Positions 27,439-40,269 of a stretch of DNA of 64,000 bases are shown here, in pieces. The DNA comes from Takakia lepidozioides. Its lineage: Eukaryota > Plantae > Bryophyta. The notes beneath the pieces are model-generated. The model ran no database searches and was not told the origin of the DNA. It saw nothing but the letters and a program-made list of their open reading frames with translations. How positions within the stretch are numbered: position 1 is the stretch's first letter; every line of letters begins with the position of its first letter. Both the position numbers and the translations under genes were made by a program. The DNA lies in assembly GCA_030704615.1 (NCBI GenBank), contig CM060733.1:9796001-9860000 (forward strand). The letters are read 5' to 3'.

Positions 27439-29514
27439 TACGCAGCATCCGACCGCGACATAGATATATTCCCCAGCAATAAATTATCGGGGCTTCATCC
27501 CCTTGACTATATATATATGATTCTAATTAAGATACATGGCTCAAACCAGGAATTGAAGGCAAGACTTCTTAATAACCTTTCAAGGTTATTAACCGACATA
27601 TTACTCGCTACCTTCTGAAAAGCTTTGACACTTATAATGTTTTTATCTGGTTAAAGACTAGTCATGGCCCCTGATCCCTACCACCGCGGGAGTGGACCAA
27701 GGGCAGGGTTGGAAGCCCTGCCACCCTGCCGTGTGTGGGCCCCACCACATGACCCCATAGTCCCGGCCAAGTTATCCAAAATTAGACCAAGCTTCCATGT
27801 GTTAATTTTTGCCGTCGCCCCCATATCAGTGACCAACATCCGTGAGCGCAATACTTGGGAATTTGGCGCCAGAGTTCATGGCCGATAATTAGTAATCGCT
27901 TTTGACTTATTGTACTGGGTTACCATGGCTCTTCTACCTGCTGTGAAGGTCACCTTTGTACACATTGCTTGTAGGGACCCACCACCTCACCAGACATGCC
28001 ACCCGCGGGACCCACCCTTTGCCAAGTAACTGGCTCAATTGGTCCGGCCCTTGGAGAGCAAGGCAGACCTACTGCCAGATTACTTTTGAACCCTATGCAC
28101 ATAAAAGCAACCATCCATGCCACTAGTCGGCCATGCTCCACTGTCGCGATACATGGAAGTTGGCCATGCAGGAAAGGAGGATGAGCGTACTAAACTACGA
28201 GAGGTGAATCAACGCGCAGAGGGCTAACACAATCTGACACATCAAAGCTTGGAAACACCTTCAATATGCCTTTGAATTTTGTGTGGCCTCGTCGCAATGT
28301 AATGGGGTTACACATTTGTGAAGACTACACCCCTACAAAAAATCCGAGCTCTGCGAGGTAAAAATAAAAGATGAAATAAATTTTAAGGCCTAGATGGATG
28401 AAATCACCCTCCAGGTGCTAGATGAAAAACCTACCAAGGAAAAACCTGGCGTTTGCAAATTGGGCCGAGGACAAAACCCTTGGGTAGGAAAACTCGCGTG
28501 ACAGTGAAGAATGCAAAGGAGAAATACAAGAGCGGCCATACGGCAATCAAAAGGAGACTGTCTTCTTGGTGCTAGCATGCACGGCGGTGCGATAAACAAA
28601 GAGAAGAGGGGGAAGAAAGGTATACCACCCCCTGGTGAGTCACTGCAACTCTACCGGACACTATAGGAGATACTGAGGTTTTCACAAAATTTGTTGGTCA
28701 TGGCTTCGCCATTTGAATGGACACCACATGCACCTACTCCTCCATATTGGGCAATGCAATAGCTTCTGACAAGCTCCACTTCATTTTCCCTCTCTTCCCT
28801 AGGCTTCTCAAGCCCACTGCCTTGGCATATTCAAACATGGGTCTTGATTTCCGAGGCTTTCCAGAGCGCACAAACCCCACCACTGCTCTTTCATTCTCTA
28901 ATTTGTTTCCATTCTCTCCCTCATCAGTTGGAGATCAACAACCTCAGTTAGGGTTGCTCGTGGGACCACATACGTCCTCTCTCGACAATTGATGGAGCTT
29001 CAATATCTGTAAGGCACACCCCCAAATTATTATCAATTTCAGAGTCAAGTCCCAATAAGAATGGTTTTTTCCTTAAAAAGGACACAGAAAACTCAAGACC
29101 TTGTTAGAACTAGTTGCTGCAAGTAGCCTGCTGAAACATGCAAGAAAATCGTGATTTCTAGTAGAAAACCAGTGTTGGTCGGTTATCAAAATTTTCAAAG
29201 CTTCTGAGGTTCAGGTTATACAAGCTGACTCACGCAGTAATAACCTCCGGTTCTAGGTAAAATATGCACCTTGAATGAAGGTTATTTGCAGGTTACGGTT
29301 ATGAAATTTTCAGTAATATGTGGGGTCAGGTTATTTGCCGGTTCATAAACAAATAATAACCTGAGGTGATATTTCAAGTCGGGTCTTTGTTATAACCGGA
29401 ATATAACCAAAATATAACCAAAATATAACCTACGATACAACTGAAGTACTCTAAGCAGGCAGATCGCAGCACGCAACACGATCACAGATGATCTGGGAGC
29501 ATGTATTATTCTCG

Positions 29515-30540
29515 CTAAATCTCTTCGTCAAATTCTTCTTCCAAAATCTCTTCAACATCCTCTTCAATCTCCTGACATTGTTCTAAAGTGGATCTCTCAC
29601 ATCCCTCTCGCGGATCATCTGGCCAATTTCTTGCAACAAATATTATTTTGTCCAGGTTCTTGATTTGAAGCCTGCGTCGTCGTAGTGAAGTAAGTAAACC
29701 TGCAAGAGAAAAGATCCTTTCAGTTTCAATCTGGCTGCCAACGATGCCTAGAATTTGTCGAGCTAAATAAGCCACAGTAGGAAATGTGACTTCATTGGAC
29801 TTCCACCACATTAAAGGCTCCTTGCACCTCTCCAAGTCCACTGTAAAGCGTCGGAATGATGACAATTCCTTGGTCACAAACTCTTTGTTTGTCTCTGATG
29901 CCATCACTGACATTTGGAAAAGGTCAAGTGTGTTGAACCGTGCTGGATCAATTTGTGACTCTTCATGACCATCGAACCTAGCAATGCGACGGTGACAATC
30001 GGTGAGCAGAGGTATGAGAGATTGCTGGTCATACTCCTGAACAATACGAAGAGTTGCATCTCTTCCTATGAACTCACTGACTAGGGCCTTTGAAGTGAGG
30101 ATCGAGCATTAAAGCAAGCATGTTATGACATTTTCTTTTGTCAAATTTGTGCATGAATGACAAAAAATGAGTCGAGACACCAATCACTTCTTTCTACATG
30201 TTGATCCTGAAGTCTTCGAGTTCCCTGTCAAACTCGTTTAGCTGCGACATACCCCAAGTTGTCCTCCACAATTCTTGCATTCATGTCCCTTTGACATTTA
30301 ACAACCAAGGCTATGGCTGATTGCAAAGCATCTGATAATAACCAGTGTCCTCTACTTTGGTTTAGGACACAATTTGTGACTATAGGTGACAAAGTCTTGA
30401 CAACGGCATCAACCACAGCCCATGTCCTCGCACCAGGGACTCGAGATTGCAGATCATAACTGTCTGCATGGCTGTAGCAGTGATTGATGGCTGCTCGAAA
30501 CCGAAGAATATCTTGAAATAATAGAATACGGGTTGAAAAT
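29515..30540 (-). pseudogene. hAT transposase, 3' remnant with C-terminal dimerisation domain
   Basis: PLMWWK...FPTVAYLARQILGIVGSQIETERIFSLAG; LMLDPHF; frameshifted. Confidence 0.9.
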
Positions 30541-30697
30541 CTAAGCATCCCACAAGAAAGTTAACACCAATTAGAAATTAATACAACTCAGATGCACAAT
30601 CCCATTTACATACACAAGGCAACACAAAGCCACATTTGAATTATTCAGCCCCATCAACACAAAAATGATGCAATCTAGAAATTTTTGAAATTTTATG

Positions 30698-30885
30698 TGT
30701 CGTGCGCATACATATCGCTACACAACTACATCGCTGTCCAAAACCACACAACACATGTGCACACCACACACTAGTATACCACTAGTCTACCACTAGTCCA
30801 GCCACTAGTCCAACCACTAGGCTACAACTAGTCAGTCACTAGGCTGCCACTACGCTGCCCACTATGGCAGTCACTAGTCCACACA
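30698..30885 (-). repeat. Terminal repeat A2 (188 bp)
   Basis: Matches 31216-31407 apart from a 4-bp ACAT indel; contains a CACTAG array. Confidence 0.95.
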
Positions 30886-30886
30886 A

Positions 30887-31213
30887 TGATAAAGAAGAAG
30901 AATACAAGCACAAGCTCATGCGAGCTCACAAAGCTGAAGCATAAACTCATGCATATATAACCTCATCACTCAAATACAAGTCAAGCCAAGTGCACCCCAC
31001 GCCATGGGGAATCCACACTACGGCGCCATAGCTAGGCGCGGTGAGGCTCAACTCGAGAAAGATGAGCCTCCCGCGCTTGCCGTGAAGATAACCACTCCAG
31101 GGCCTAAATCTGCCTTGACCCCTGGATTGACACTTGGGCCAATCCCAAATGTCAATATGTAAAAGCTAGCTATTTCCTAGCTAGTTTCACACTAGTGGTA
31201 AAATAACTTGACA
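30887..31213 (-). repeat. Terminal repeat B2 (327 bp)
   Basis: Matches 41319-41645; one substitution seen (AAAAGCTAGC vs AAAAGATAGC). Confidence 0.95.
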
Positions 31214-31215
31214 GC

Positions 31216-31407
31216 TGTCGTGCGCATACATATCGCTACACAACTACATACATCGCTGTCCAAAACCACACAACACATGTGCACACCACACACTAGTATA
31301 CCACTAGTCTACCACTAGTCCAGCCACTAGTCCAACCACTAGGCTACAACTAGTCAGTCACTAGGCTGCCACTACGCTGCCCACTATGGCAGTCACTAGT
31401 CCACACA
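31216..31407 (-). repeat. Terminal repeat A1 (192 bp), directly after the PPT
   Basis: Copy of 30698-30885. Confidence 0.95.
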
Positions 31408-31409
31408 AT

Positions 31410-31420
31410 CGCCCCCCTAG
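31410..31420 (-). other. Polypurine tract
   Basis: Minus strand reads CTAGGGGGGCG-AT-TGTGTGG into repeat A1, downstream of the integrase ORF. Confidence 0.75.
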
Positions 31421-31669
31421 CTGGTGCTTAGGTCCCTCTAAGTCCAGGTAGCCACAAGATGTGATAGTGACCATAGCCTCACTAAGTCCTCCACCACTAT
31501 CCCTACTACACACTCAAACTCGATAGATCAAGAGGCCGGGTGCAAGAGTTGCCCCATCGTTAGTCGCCGTCTTGCAACCTGTGAACTTGAGCTTGGGATC
31601 TCATGTATTGACTCCTATGAGCTTGGCCTCCCATGTCTTGTTAGCTGCCTCCAGTCATGTCCACTGCCA

Positions 31670-33119
31670 CTATCCCAAGCAGTGTGGACACAACCAATCT
31701 CCGTCAGGAACCTTCTCAAGAGGTGGTGTCAAGCATCCCATATGCCAACCCCTTGAGCACCGATCACACACCAGCATGGTGGCTGCCCCTTTGGCAGACC
31801 CACAGAGCATGCACCTCAAACCTGCAGGTACCACTGCCAAGTTTGGGTCAACTCTGCCATCGACATTGGGAAGGTGACATGGCGCACAATTACGCACATG
31901 GTCTTTCCAAGTCATGCCATCCCGACCCTCTAAGATCAGGACCCCTGAGGGCAACACCTCTCGAACCCTCAGAATAACACGCCCTGCAGTAACATCCAGA
32001 GTCGTAGGAGCAGTCTGCTGCAAATAAACATAGTCACCAGGGCTAAACCTCCGAACCCCAGGACGATATCCTCCACCACGTATAGTGGCATACCTCAACG
32101 TATCACGGTGCTGTGCAATGGCAAGGTTCTCAAAAGCCATGGGCATGACTTTCTTGAACAACTCTGCACGCTGATCACATGCACGTACCCACACGTCCGG
32201 ATCGTCAAGGTTAAGGACTTGAGCAGTGTCCCTACGAATGGCTGCAGGCAAATCCGGCTCTCGGCCAAAGAGAAGGAAATATGGTGAGAAGGAGGCAAGT
32301 GATGCTTGTTTGCTGAACCTGTAGCCCATGGCTAACCAAGGAACCTGAAGATCCCAATCTCCTAGGTGTCCCTTCTGCAAGCCATACTTGCGCAAACCCC
32401 TCTTCACCGTCTGAACAACTCTCTCTGCTAAGCCATCGGCCTCAGGATGATCCCGAAGTGGTGCGGTGGTCTATCAAGGCTTTATCACACAAAGCCTGAA
32501 ACTCCCCCAAGAACTCTCTCCCTTGGTCCGTGAGTACCTCAGCTGGAGCACCAAATCGGCTAAGCACACGATCCAAATGCATACGCAGCCCCCTCACTAG
32601 CCTTGTCAGGCAATGGAACCAACTCAATCCACTTGGAGAAGTGCTCCACCATCACCAACACATATCTGTGGTGGCGCATAGTCAGTGGCAACGGTCCTGC
32701 GAAGTCAAGACTCCACCTGTAGCCCAATCCCATGATAGGTAAAGGATGCAACTGTGGTGTAGGGGCGTTGAATGAAGCACGCACCCTGTCACACACCATG
32801 CACCTAGCCACAACTGTTGCACCTCTGTATGCATACCACGCCACCAATACTGCCCCTGCAGTAAACTGTGAGTGCGTCGCACTCCAAAATGCCCCAACTC
32901 CTCATGGGCATGCCGCACTAACCGTGCACGCTGTGTGGGGTGAGGCACAATCCTCACCCGACCATCCTCCCACACTCGAAGTAGGTGTATCCCCTCCCAC
33001 TTGAACCTCTTGGCTCGTTGCAGGATCCGATCCCTCTCCCTGGCAGTCACAATGGCTGCCGTGTCTCCCGTGCGGAGGTAGTCCAACACAGCCGAATCCT
33101 CATGTATATCTCTGGCCAC
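31670..33119 (-). pseudogene. Integrase (HHCC zinc domain, DDE core) with C-terminal PHD finger (31679-31813); frameshifted
   Basis: HAHEELGHFG...CMVC; WSLDFAGP; VLTDQGREF; CMLC...VCDRC...WHMGC...WLCPHC (C4HC3). Confidence 0.92.
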
Positions 33120-33299
33120 CTAGCTCATCACTAGCCTCAGGGTCCTCAGACACTCCGTCTACAGTCATCCCTGTTGTAGGTCCAATCTGACCTCCCGATG
33201 CCAAGATACACAAAAATGCAGATGCGTGCCATCCCGGCACCATCTCCTCGTCCGTCTCACCATGCCACCGAGCTCCAGTGTCATCCTGCTGGCTCATGC

Positions 33300-34610
33300 A
33301 TGGATTGCGACTCAATCCATCCGCATGCACAACCTGAAAGTCATACTCCTGGAGTATAAGTGCCCACCGTGCAAGCTTCCCCGTAAGCTTGTCTGACTCC
33401 ATCAACCACTTGAGTGGCTGGTGATCCGTGACAAGGGTGAAAAGATTGCCGTATAGATAGCACCTGAAGTGTGCCACGGCCCACACTGCAGCTAAGCACT
33501 CTCCCTCATATGAGCTGTACTTAGCCTCTGCAGCGTTGTTCGAGCGGCTAGCGTAAGCCACTACGAACTCTCTTCCCTCATCATCCTGTGTGAGCACCGC
33601 TCCAAGCCCCAGCATGCTCCAATCCGTATGCAGCTGAAAGGGACGCCCCCTGATAGGTCGTCTCAAGATAGGCGCCGAGGTCAACCTCGCCTTGAGCTCT
33701 TGAAAAGCTCGTTCCTGCTCATCTTCCCACTGCCACTCCTGGTCCACCTTGGTCAGCTTGGTTAGAGCCTTTGCAATGGTACTAAATCCCTTGACAAACC
33801 GTCTATAATAGTTTGCCAACCCCATGAAAGCTCGAACTCGGCTCACATCCGTGGGGCGTGGAATTTGTGCAATGGCCTCTACCTTAGTCTGCTGTACCCC
33901 CAATCCTCCAGGATATATCATGTGACCCAGATACTCAATCTGGTTGTGGAAAACTTGCACTTCCCCGGATGCAACTTCAATCCGTGCGCTCTCAAGCGCT
34001 CCAATACCACCTGAAGGTGTCTCTCATGCTCCTCCATCGTAACACTAAAGATGATGATGTCATCTATGTAGCACCGAGCAAAGTCCACCCCTGCTAGAAT
34101 CCTATCCATGACTCTCTGAAACTCTGCAGGAGCATTCTTAAGCCCAAATGGTAAGAACCGCCACTGATATAGGCAATCCTTGCCGTGCTCATTGATCCCC
34201 CAGAATGCCGTCTTCTGCTTGTCCGCCTCCTTGATTGGCAACTGGTGATATCCGGATCGTAAATCCAAAGTGCTAAAGGCCTTAGCATGCCCGATGGCAT
34301 CAAAGATCTCCTCTGGTGTTGGCATGGCATACTTATCGGACTTGGTCTGACGATTTACAGGCCGGTAATCACCGCACATACGTCTCTCCGTCCAATTGCC
34401 ATAGACATCCTTCTTGGCTGGCATCACTGTGGCTGAAGCATACTCTCCACCAGAGAGCTCCACCAAACCTGCCTCCCAGAGATCTTGAGTCCTCATCTGA
34501 ATCAAAGACCTCTCCATGTCACTGTATCTATAGGGTCTCCGAAAGATTGGCGTGTCAGTGGCCAACTCAATACGGATCTCTTGACCCTTCAGTGCTCCCA
34601 AGTCCTTCAA
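33300..34610 (-). pseudogene. Reverse transcriptase and RNase H (Ty3/gypsy); frameshifted
   Basis: RMCGDYRPVN, LDLRSGYHQ, PFGLKNAP, YIDDII; LHTDWS, YEGECLA, VTDHQPL. Confidence 0.95.
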
Positions 34611-35049
34611 ACTGAAGGCAAAGCAATTCCTGTAAGCCCTCAGGAACCGCCGTATACGTCGTCTCTCTCCTCCGGTGACAATGGGTCCAATGTCAGGCTC
34701 CCAATTGTCCTCCGTAACTACAACCTTAAGTCCAGTGGGCTTAGAGGTAGAGGACGCGTCCGTGGTTGCTATGCTGCAACCTCTTGAGCAGTACTCCCTA
34801 CCTGCTCAGTCAATGACAAGGCCTCATCCTGCCCCATCATCTCATCCTTGAGGACCTCCTCAACCGAGAAGAATCCCCAACCTCATCCATCACAGCCGCC
34901 TTGGCTGCCAACTCCCTCTGAACCTCGAGCACCTCCCACGTGTGCCATGGATGCATGCACCCCGTGGTCCTCATATGCTCGCCCCCACTCACTGCCTGTA
35001 CCGTCTCGGTAGGCAGAGAGACCATTGAGGGAAGTGTATTCCGCACTCT

Positions 35050-36015
35050 GCGTTGCTCAGCTAGAGCCAAGCTGATAATCCAGGTCAAGCAATTGAGATC
35101 CATTGCTTGCCCCAACACTTGACGACGTGATGCCTCAGAAAGAGACGACACCGCCGTGGTACCAGTGGTAAAACCCATTGCCCGCTCACGCTCGTCAGCA
35201 TTAGGCTCCACTAACTGCTGCAACTGAGCATCCCACAGGAGGCCAGGTCCACTATCCCGGAAAGCATGCGATCCTGGGAAGCTGAGCAGTGTAGGTAATG
35301 CTGCTCGTGGTTGACCCACCTTGTTGACCACTGCCAAAGGCGAACGGTCATCGTGTCTCACACGTTGAGACTGCCTCCCTGTGTCCAGAATGTTATCCAC
35401 TGTGAGATGTGCTGGCCGCTGCACCCCATCAAATGCACGCTTGAGCAGTGCGGGTGGCATCAAGTTAGTCCACCATAGCCGTGGACGATGAGCCCGTGAC
35501 CCCACTGTAGCTGCATCTAGCAACACTGCTGACCCAAGCCACGACCGGACTTGATGCACACTGGCCATCACCCTGGCCCGAGAATCGCCCATCAGTGGCA
35601 CATTCTCCAAGATGTATGCTGGAGATACAGCTTGATGAAGCTGCAAGTGGCGCAAAACCCGCACCATCTCCCAAAAGACCCGACCTCGAGTCTCGCAATC
35701 CATTGCCATGCCCGGCTGATGAATGCCCTTGGCAGGGCCAACCTGCCACTACCAGATCAATGGAGCCAACCCGCTCCAAATCCTGCGCCCCCAGCAACGA
35801 AATGTCTGCTGGCAAGGCCTGCTGATATCCACGAATTGCAGACACCGACAACAACTCAGGGTACCGCTGCACAACTGAGCAACATGGCGAAGTGAAACGC
35901 GTCGTGCAGTCTCATCCCTCTCCACATACAGGTAACGCCGAACTCGTACACCTGCCTGTAACACAGCAGCCAATCCGGTGCTGATCCCGCCAAACAAGTC
36001 CAGAAGACAAATGCC
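35050..36015 (-). pseudogene. C5-cytosine DNA methyltransferase domain, DNMT3-like, within the polyprotein; frameshifted
   Basis: Motif I LDLFGG, II YVERD, IV GWPCQ, VI ILENV, VIII HRPRLWWTN, IX ERERAMGF, X LGQAMD, in canonical order across three frames. Confidence 0.9.
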
Positions 36016-36370
36016 TTCATCCGGATACTGCCACACAATAGGTGTGGTGTCCAATGGAGACATTGAGGTGGTCCTGGTGCAATCCCACACTCTCTCCTCT
36101 CCTGACGGTACAAAAGCCTCCACCCAGGCTTGTTGCACCCGTCGATCAGCATCCCGCTGCAAATCCTTGCTCGTGCCCCACATGGAGTCTGAGCAACCAT
36201 GGTAGGCAACTCCGCCATACCATACATGTCATCCTGCTCTCCCGGAGGTGGTACATCCTCTGAATGAGCATTGCCCTCAAGCAACTCTCTAGGCCAACTC
36301 ACTGCCGCTGTGAATGCTGCTAGTGTCGGCATCTTGCCTCGCTGGGCAACCGCAACTCCTCCTATGAACG

Positions 36371-36763
36371 TCACAGGAGCTGCACACGCCGGCCCTCCCC
36401 TGACTGCCATGCAGGCCTATAGGAAGCTGACTCCTCCCAAAAATCCAGGGTGAAGCCCATGGGGTACAACACTGCCCCACCAACCAGGACATCGTATGAG
36501 ACTGCGTCTGTCACAATGGCCTTGGCTCGCATCACTGAGCCATCTGTAGGGTGATCCGGCCGTAGTCTGATAGCCAACTCATGCCGTGTCATGCCCCGAG
36601 CCTGCTCCGATCCTCCCAGAGACGTCTGTATCTGGAAAGGACAAGGCTCCATATCCGCCTCCGTGAGGCCCAAGCCTGCAATAGCAGCTCTGCCCAGCAT
36701 CAGTGGCTGAGCTCCCGAGTCCAACAAGACCGCAGTGGCCGGTACCTTTGCCTGCCGGTCCAC
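36371..36763 (-). pseudogene. Retroviral-type aspartic protease
   Basis: VLLDSGAQ; YDVLVGGAVL. Confidence 0.85.
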
Positions 36764-37189
36764 TCAAACAGAAAATGCCATCCTGGTTGTCTAACATGAC
36801 AACTCCAGGTGTCACCATGGCGCGCTCAATGGCTGGCCTAGCTGGCAGCTCCATCAACCTGGCAGCTGCAGCTTGCCATGGCGCCGCCGTGGCAGTCTTG
36901 ACCCTCAAATCCGAGGATCCCTCCGGCACTACACCTCCCACTATCTCCGCAGAAGATGAAGTAACCTCCCCACTCTCACAGAGTGTAGCTGCCAGCCTGA
37001 ACACCTCAGCTGGTCTTACCCCGGCGTCGCAATCATGGTAGCCGAGAACAATGGAGCCTGGCACACAGATGTGGCCGCTCCTAGCAGCACACTAGCTGCC
37101 GTAGCCTTGGCAACACTAGGTAGTGTGCTACCCGTGTAGCTCTCCCCAATGGCATAGTAACCTCCGCCTCGGTAACAGTCGGGCGAGAA

Positions 37190-38922
37190 CTAGGTGCCAT
37201 GGATGGCGTCGACACTGTCTCCCGCCAATGTGAATGACTGAGGAAGCCTAGCCTGACGGCTTGCCTCCCCACGCTGTGGATCCAACTCCACCTCTGCACC
37301 TCGTGGCTCAGGAACTCGTGCTGCTCCTCGAGTCACGGCTGCAGCAGACTCCACCTGCACTAGTGGTAGTGCTGCTCCACACATGAATCCCATGCCTCCC
37401 ATATCTCCTCCCTCAGGAGCAGGAGGTGGACCATCCGGCCTTAGAGCCGGTACCACCTGAGCTGTAGCCATGGCAGCGAGCCTCTGCTCTAGCTGCTGAA
37501 GCCGGTTGGCCATGCCTTGGTCAACACCCTGACCTCCGCGTCCTTGGCCACGTTGAGCTTGCCCTTGGCCTGCACCTCGTGGCTGGCCACCTCGTCCTCT
37601 CTGGGCTGCTCCACCTCGCCCCCGGCCACCATTGTTCCCTTGGAACTGGCCTGGGCGCAACTCAGGATGCAAACCATAACACTGGGCCTCTCCATGCCCG
37701 TGCTTGCCACAATGCCCACACTGCAACTGTGCAGGCTGTGCATGTGCCGGCCCTTTGCCTCCCTCTGGGCAATCCTTCTTGACATGGGGTCCTCCACATG
37801 TCCAGCACACCACATCCGCCCGTTGTTGGCCAGCAAATGAAGGGAGAGACCCCTGCATCTGAGGTCCTCTCTGCCCTTCCCTGAGCTTCACCTGAGCCCC
37901 CTTGTTGCCTTGAGCACGTTGAGGTAGTGGTTGGCTAGGAGCACCACTACCCCGTGGTGTCTCCTTAGCAAATCCCACCATGACCACTCGTTCCTCCACC
38001 ATGTTGAGCTCTATCCGCTCTGCCAGCAAAAACACATTTGCTAAGGTGGGTTGGGCCGCTTGTAGGAGAGTTGCATCCCGCACCCTTCTCCTCAGCTCCT
38101 TGTCCAATATCCCATACCAGAATTGGACTGCCTGAGCTTCCGTAACCCCTTGGGTTACATTTATCAAGCGCCTCATGCGAGTGAAAGCCTCCCTCAAGCT
38201 CTCGGTCGGCTTCCGTTGGAACTCTTGCAAGCTCCGCAACTTCTCTGTCCTCACCCCTTGGTAGTTCCCTCTCAACTCTTCGAAGAACTCCACAACAGGG
38301 TTGAAGGCAGGCACGGGTGCTAGTGCTGGTGCGGTAGTGGCTTGGGTGGACGTCGTAGCTACTGTACCACCAGTCCCACTGCTACTTGCTGAAGCTGCCG
38401 GTGCAGCGGCAGGTGTAGCCACTGCCCTCGTGGCTCTAGTGCCCCTAGTGATGGAGACATAGTCGGGTGACCAGTACATCCTCCACTCCTCGATCTCAAC
38501 CTCATGCCCCCGCCTGAACTCATGGTAATCATCCATAGGCGGCCCCTCAAGGTGCTGAAACAGCCCTTTCCATGCCATGAACGGCGTAAATAGTTGTGGA
38601 TTGCGCATTTGCTGCAAATCACACCAACTATCAAACTCTTGGATAAAATCATCCAACTCGATGGTGCCCACCGCCCCAGAGTACCTTCGTGGCCCCTTGG
38701 TAGCTCCATACATCTCCATTGTGTCCCAACAATGGCAAAGAAACAACTTGCACCGCCGGTATGAGCCCCTGATTCACAATCCGAATCAGAACCTTCCGTG
38801 GAAGACACAGGAGGTGAAGGTGGCCTAAACCGCACACCTCGTCTCGTGTACCCACTAGTATCGCTAGTGCTCGAACCGGCACTGTCCCCAGCAACTAGTG
38901 GCACCTCCGTGTTGACACTCAA
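37190..38922 (-). pseudogene. Gag with two zinc knuckles
   Basis: FQRKPTESLREAFTRM; CWTCGGPHVKKDC and CGHCGKHGHGEAQC; RGG-rich tract. Confidence 0.85.
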
Positions 38923-39169
38923 CCGGTCATGAATGTCCCTAACCCCCTCTCCACAAGGTAACCGGGTAGAGAACCTGTTGCGGCTTATGGTTTGGAATAC
39001 TAAGTTCCTAACATAGCCTACACCTGAACTTGCATGACCATGGGAATATCATGAAGATACTCCTCAAACCGCCCTCCACAGCTTCAAAATTCGGCCTTCC
39101 AGACCACATGCCAGTCCTTCCACCAGTGCCTCCACAGTCAGCACAGGCCATCCACAGGTCAACACGGGC

Positions 39170-39800
39170 CACCACAGACCAGCACAGGCCCACACAGCTC
39201 ACTGGTCACAGCCGTCCCACAGGCCAGGGCACAGCCTGTCACAGCCCCTCACAGGGCCTCAGGCCGCCTCACTCAGGCACGGCCTGTCACAGCCGTCACA
39301 GCCCCCTCACAGCCCGCCCGGGCAACAGGCGGGCCTCAGGCACACAGGGGGCCCACAGCCCGCCTTGTCAGGCCTCATGTCACAGCCCCACTCACACACA
39401 GCCCCTCACAGCCCGTCACAGGGCCGACAACAGCCCTCACAGCCCACAGCCTGGGCACAGCCTGTCACAGCCTTGCCCGTCACAGCCCTGTCACAGCCGG
39501 CCCGGGGCCCAGGCCTTCACAACAGCCCGGTGGTCACAGCCTTACCTTCAGGCCCGCCTTTGTTTTCAGTTGGGTCAGGCCTCACAGGGTGGGGGTGGGG
39601 CCCGGGTTGGGGCTAACAGGGTCACACAGCCCCTTTTATCTCACACAGCTCACAGGGTGGGGCCTTCTTTTGCTTGCCTTACAGCCACAGCCCGGCCTTT
39701 GATGTGCCCGTCACAGCCTTTGTCACAGCCCCTCACAACAGCATTTGTCACAGCGCCCGTTGTCACAGCCTTTTGTTCACAGCTTTCACAGGACAGCCTT
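39170..39800. repeat. Degenerate (T)CACAGCC array in the element leader
   Basis: Dozens of CACAG(C/G)C units. Confidence 0.85.
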
Positions 39801-40269
39801 GGCCGCTCTGGCAGTTTAGCCATTTCTCCAAGGGGTTTAGCCACGCCAAGCTAGGGTTTGTGTCTCTTGGACTCTAGGCTTCTTTCCACCGAGCTATGGT
39901 GGCTGTGAGGAAATCAGCAAGGTATCCTTGCTCTTTCGGCTCCCACACACCACCATAGTAGCCCTAAGCATGAGGTGGTTGCCACAAACCAAGCCTTCTT
40001 TCTCACTTAGCCTCCCCAAACACGCCACTAAACTCAATGGCAAACAACCAAGCCCTGCTGGTTCCCAGCCCTTGTGAGCACTCATTCAAGCACTCTCATT
40101 GGCCATAGCATCTGTCTTAGAGCCTATTCCAGCCCCTACACCTGTTGCTTCAAGAGTTGCGCTCCCTTCAAGCTTGAAGTTGAAACCCCAACTCACATAG
40201 GCCCTACAAGTGCTTTTCTTTCACTCCAAGTGGAAACCAGCCCTAGACCTTCCGTTCTAGCTCTCTAAG

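Noticed and set aside
30698-31213. Treating this TG...CA-bounded 516-bp block as a normal 3' LTR
   Set aside because: The PPT abuts A1 rather than this block, and the 5' end carries only B directly next to the PBS.
39030-39854. 274-aa H/S/P/Q-rich ORF
   Set aside because: Product of the CACAGCC array; no recognisable domain.
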